Shown one piece after another: positions 60,311-64,000 of a stretch of DNA of 64,000 nt. The position numbers were made by a program, and so were the translations under genes. Positions within the stretch are counted from its first letter, which is position 1, and the number at the start of each line of letters is the position of its first letter. Below the pieces are notes generated by a model. The model was not told the DNA's origin and ran no database searches. It saw only the letters and a program-made list of their open reading frames with translations. This DNA comes from Macrostomum hystrix (Eukaryota > Animalia > Platyhelminthes): the NCBI GenBank assembly GCA_950097015.1, contig CATNEN010000001.1, positions 19,034,001 through 19,098,000 on the forward strand. Direction: 5' to 3'.

Positions 60311-61289
60311 GGTAGCAGGGGCCATCAGATTAGCGAGTTTAAAAAATATGTTTATCCAGACGCAAATGTATTTTATCTTCAAGGGCAATAAATTTCGAAG
60401 GTCCCAGCGAAAAAAGTAAATTTCTATGTGCATCCGTTTAAAAAAGACATCGCTTAGAAAAGTGGCCTTTAATAAAATTTACAGTCTTTAAGTGTCGCGA
60501 CCTTCTACTCTAGTAGTCCTTGCAAATAACTACTAATTTTGACTACTAACTAAACTTTTCCGTTTAGCTTCCAGTGCAGATGCTGCTATATAGGGGTCCT
60601 TTGACTAAACCCTTCTCACACCGAGCCAAACTAACGGCCGTTTAATTTATCGATCCTTCCAAACCAAAAATATTTGTCAGTCATTTAACACCCACCCCAT
60701 TCCCAAAACCCCATATTCGCGTGCGATTCGCTGTGATTCATTTAATGACACCCACCCCATTTCCCAAACCCCATAATCGCGTGTCCTCTCTGTCTTGAGG
60801 CTCCTGGCTTGCCTATTATGGTGTCCTGCATATCACACCATCTATTTAACACAAGACCAGAACAAAGACGCTCGTTCAGTCTCGACTCTCAAACTAATTT
60901 TGTCATTAGACAGTGGACTTGTTGATTCTACTAAGAAAGAAATTGTTTATCGAATCTAATAAACTTCAGTACATCTTTATTTTTATAACGTTGAGATTTG
61001 CAAAGACTATCTGAGATTCAGAAAAAGAGAAGAACTCTGAAAAGAACATATTCTCATCGCATTCTCCCTAACTCTCCTCTTTATTAAAGACCAAGGAACA
61101 ACTAAACATCATTATTTCGTTTCTTTTACTAAAAATGGCTAATTTTGTTGACTATATTATTGACTATTTTCGTATTGTGGATTGTTTATATTGTTCATTG
61201 TTTAATTCGGGCAGACAGGAGGGAGTGAGGGGCGGAGAGGAGAGAATTGAGATCATGGGATTGGAAAGGGGATCGTGGGATTGGAAAGT

Positions 61290-61475
61290 GGTCAGTGCCC
61301 TCCTTGCTAGAGAGGGGTCAGTGCCCTCCCTGCTAGAGAGGGGTCAGTGCCCTCCCTGCTAGAGGGGCCAGTTCCCTCCCTGCTAGAGTGATCAGTGCCC
61401 TCCCTGCTAGAGTGATCAGTGCCCTCCCTGCTAGAGGGGTCAGTGCCCCCATGTTATAGAGGGGACCAGTGCCCT
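61290..61475. repeat. ~22-bp minisatellite (CAGTGCCCTCCCTGCTAGAG)
   Basis: Units visible. Confidence 0.85.
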
Positions 61476-63849
61476 CAGGCAAGCAGGCAGGCAGGCAGGT
61501 AGGCAGACAGACAGGTAGACAGACAGGACAGGAGCAGATATCTACCCCATACTTTACTTGTATGGCTTACTAAATCTAGCCCAAATCTACCAAACCCAAC
61601 CCCAACCCCACCCAATGCAGCCTCCTCTCCACTCCACCCTAGCTCTCCACCCTCTAAGCTTCTACTCTTCTACTTACACTTCCACTTCTTCCATGTGTTC
61701 ATGAGCCATGACCCATGTGCTCAAATCTCTATCTGGCCTACAAGATAGAAATGGTTACCAACCCTGTCCTAATAGGTCAGTGTCCATAGATCTTATATTC
61801 CCTAGATAACCTACTCCCCATTCAAGCAATGTGAAAAATGTGATCCCACCAAAAACATTTTATAAACCTGACCATGTCCATGCTCACTCAGAGCTCAAGT
61901 TCAGTAGCTATGAGACATAGGCAGTTATTTTTGTTTGGATGGCATTAAAAAGATGTAGCAGAAATTTCTTTTGTTGCCAATGTTTCCTACCTGTGTGAGC
62001 TATGCTCAATAGTAAATAGATGGTGCCAGAGTATTAAACTCATGTAGCTGCTGTATGAGGAGCTGCGCCACCCAAGTGCCACAGGGCCACAGGGATCCTT
62101 TTCCCTTCCTCCAATTCCTATTCACTCATATTCCTATCCTTCTAGCCTACACATAATTGTAGTCTATACTTTGACAGCACTTCATATGGCACCACAGAAC
62201 ATTAAACAACATTAGCACTTGGCATTTTTTTCAAGTCTCTTATTGTTTCTTTGCATGGGGCGTAGGTATATTTACTAGGCATACTCTTGCTATAAAATGC
62301 AACATGTAAAATGAATATTTACATAAAATACTGGCAATTTTCTCTCAAGCTACTGAGCTTACACCAAATTAGAAATACATTGGGTCTAGGGGCACACAAA
62401 AGTCCCTAGAGTGCTACATCTAGGTAATAAAGATCCATGGATTTGTCAATGATTAGAATAGTTATAACGTGTTACATGACACTCATAAAACAAAGTCATA
62501 CACAGTCATAGACAGTTACAGATGACAGATGTTAGACTTTGGTTCCAATTTTCTTATTTCTTCCCCTCATCCTATTAGATCTTTCATCTAAAAGCACAAT
62601 TCTTTTAAATCTGTGACCTATGAAGTGGGTGCAAATTGGCAAGTATACCATACTGACCATACCATTTTTGGAATTGAATATACAATAGTCAATTAGTTTA
62701 CTTTGGATTACATATTCCACTAATTATCAATTCAATCATAGAATAAAGCCCTGCGGAATTTTTTAGGGCTACAGAAAAAAGGCCAAACTGCAATGGCAAC
62801 ACTAGTCCTTGATCCTAGGCTCCCAGCTCAGATCCCATATCCCAGTAGTTGCTTGGAAATCTTAATAAGAATTTATATTCCTGGGTCTTAATTTTATTTA
62901 GAATAATACATTGCTTCTATACAATTATGACGAGTGGCCAGCCAATAAGCTATGCGTATAGACCCACTATACAGTTTTTTTATTCTAATATTAAGACTTA
63001 TTAAGATAAACATAAATTCTGTAGCCTATGTAAAAAGGCTTGGATAGCTCACTATTTATAATACACTGAAACTTATAGGGGGCCTACTCTTAGAGGTCTA
63101 CATTATAATACATAAATGGAATGTGGGTGCATTTATTTAGTGATGATCATAGCAGGTCACATATTAGCTATGAGCCAAGCTGACAAGTAAGGACAGTGGC
63201 ACTGGGTTGAGAGCAGTAGATTCATATTGTTTGAGTTGAATGCTTCGACTGTGCAAGTCAAACATAAAACAAACAACAGACTCATACTGCCTCCCCAAGC
63301 CTGTGATTAGCAGTAACAGTTGTCCAGCTCTGCACATTACTTTATATTGTATTCTGCTAAATTTCAATATTCTCCGCTTTCACATTATGCCTCGCTTTTA
63401 TACCGTGAAACAAGCAATTTATAACTTGACGTACCCTTGTCTTCATATAAATTGACCGCGAAACGTTAATTTAAATGGTCCCTCATAACATACGGTGTAG
63501 AAACCATCTTTCCTAGAAAGCAAGTCGTTTCATAACGTAACTGTTGTTGCTCGGTCGTATAAAATCTCTCTTTAATTATATGACTTTCCGATGCTCATTT
63601 AAATGGGCTAACTCTTCCACAGAGCATGTCTTACAACACATTATTGTTATTGCTCACTTAAATTTTCTCCTTTGGGGAAACTGTCAACTTTCATTGCCTC
63701 CCAATCATAATACTAATTTTCAAAATTATTCCTTTAATCCTACTTCTAAGTTGGAATTCTATTTTCCTAATTGAAATTTACTCGTAATTTTAAATTGCAT
63801 TTAATGCATTAAATGCAAAATTACAGAAGATGGTGGATGCTCCGCCGCA

Positions 63850-63882
<33 letters not shown>

Positions 63883-64000
63883 GCGTGTCGCGGAGCGAAG
63901 ATTGGTTAGACTGAGACGCCTAAGATCAGGCAATCTTCGGCTGAATGTGCGGACTTAAAATATTAGAATATTATACATAGTTGAATATTTATAGTTGATT

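Overview
This is eukaryotic, almost certainly animal, repeat-rich genomic DNA, judged from GT-AG introns, tRNA-derived SINEs, LINEs, solo LTRs and a Hairy/E(spl)-type gene. Bases 1-4.9 kb are an 18-bp satellite. They are followed by a Ty3/Gypsy pol relic interrupted by two solo LTRs and by a degenerate virus-like ORF. The centre (about 8064-54224, ~46 kb) reads as one giant or compound CACTA/EnSpm-type (CMC superfamily) DNA transposon. It has CCC...GGG ends, a putative AA target duplication, inverted subterminal blocks and three diverged, partly collinear units. The units carry two CACTA-type DDE transposases (one with an open 3-exon frame of 657 aa), two transposase relics and two DUF4806-type ORF2 genes. 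They also carry intronless or compact cargo genes. These are a SET8/KMT5A-like methyltransferase with both lysine-channel tyrosines changed to Phe, an Orange-less HES bHLH-WRPW repressor behind a perfect 5-unit heat-shock element, a duplicated polyQ micro-protein and a 110-aa orphan. Nested inside are two RNase H-bearing LINEs, a gag-protease-only Gypsy element with a single 2.3-kb LTR, three solo LTRs and SINEs. The last 10 kb holds two spliced genes of unknown function and simple repeats. All homology calls are motif recognition by eye; no database search was run.
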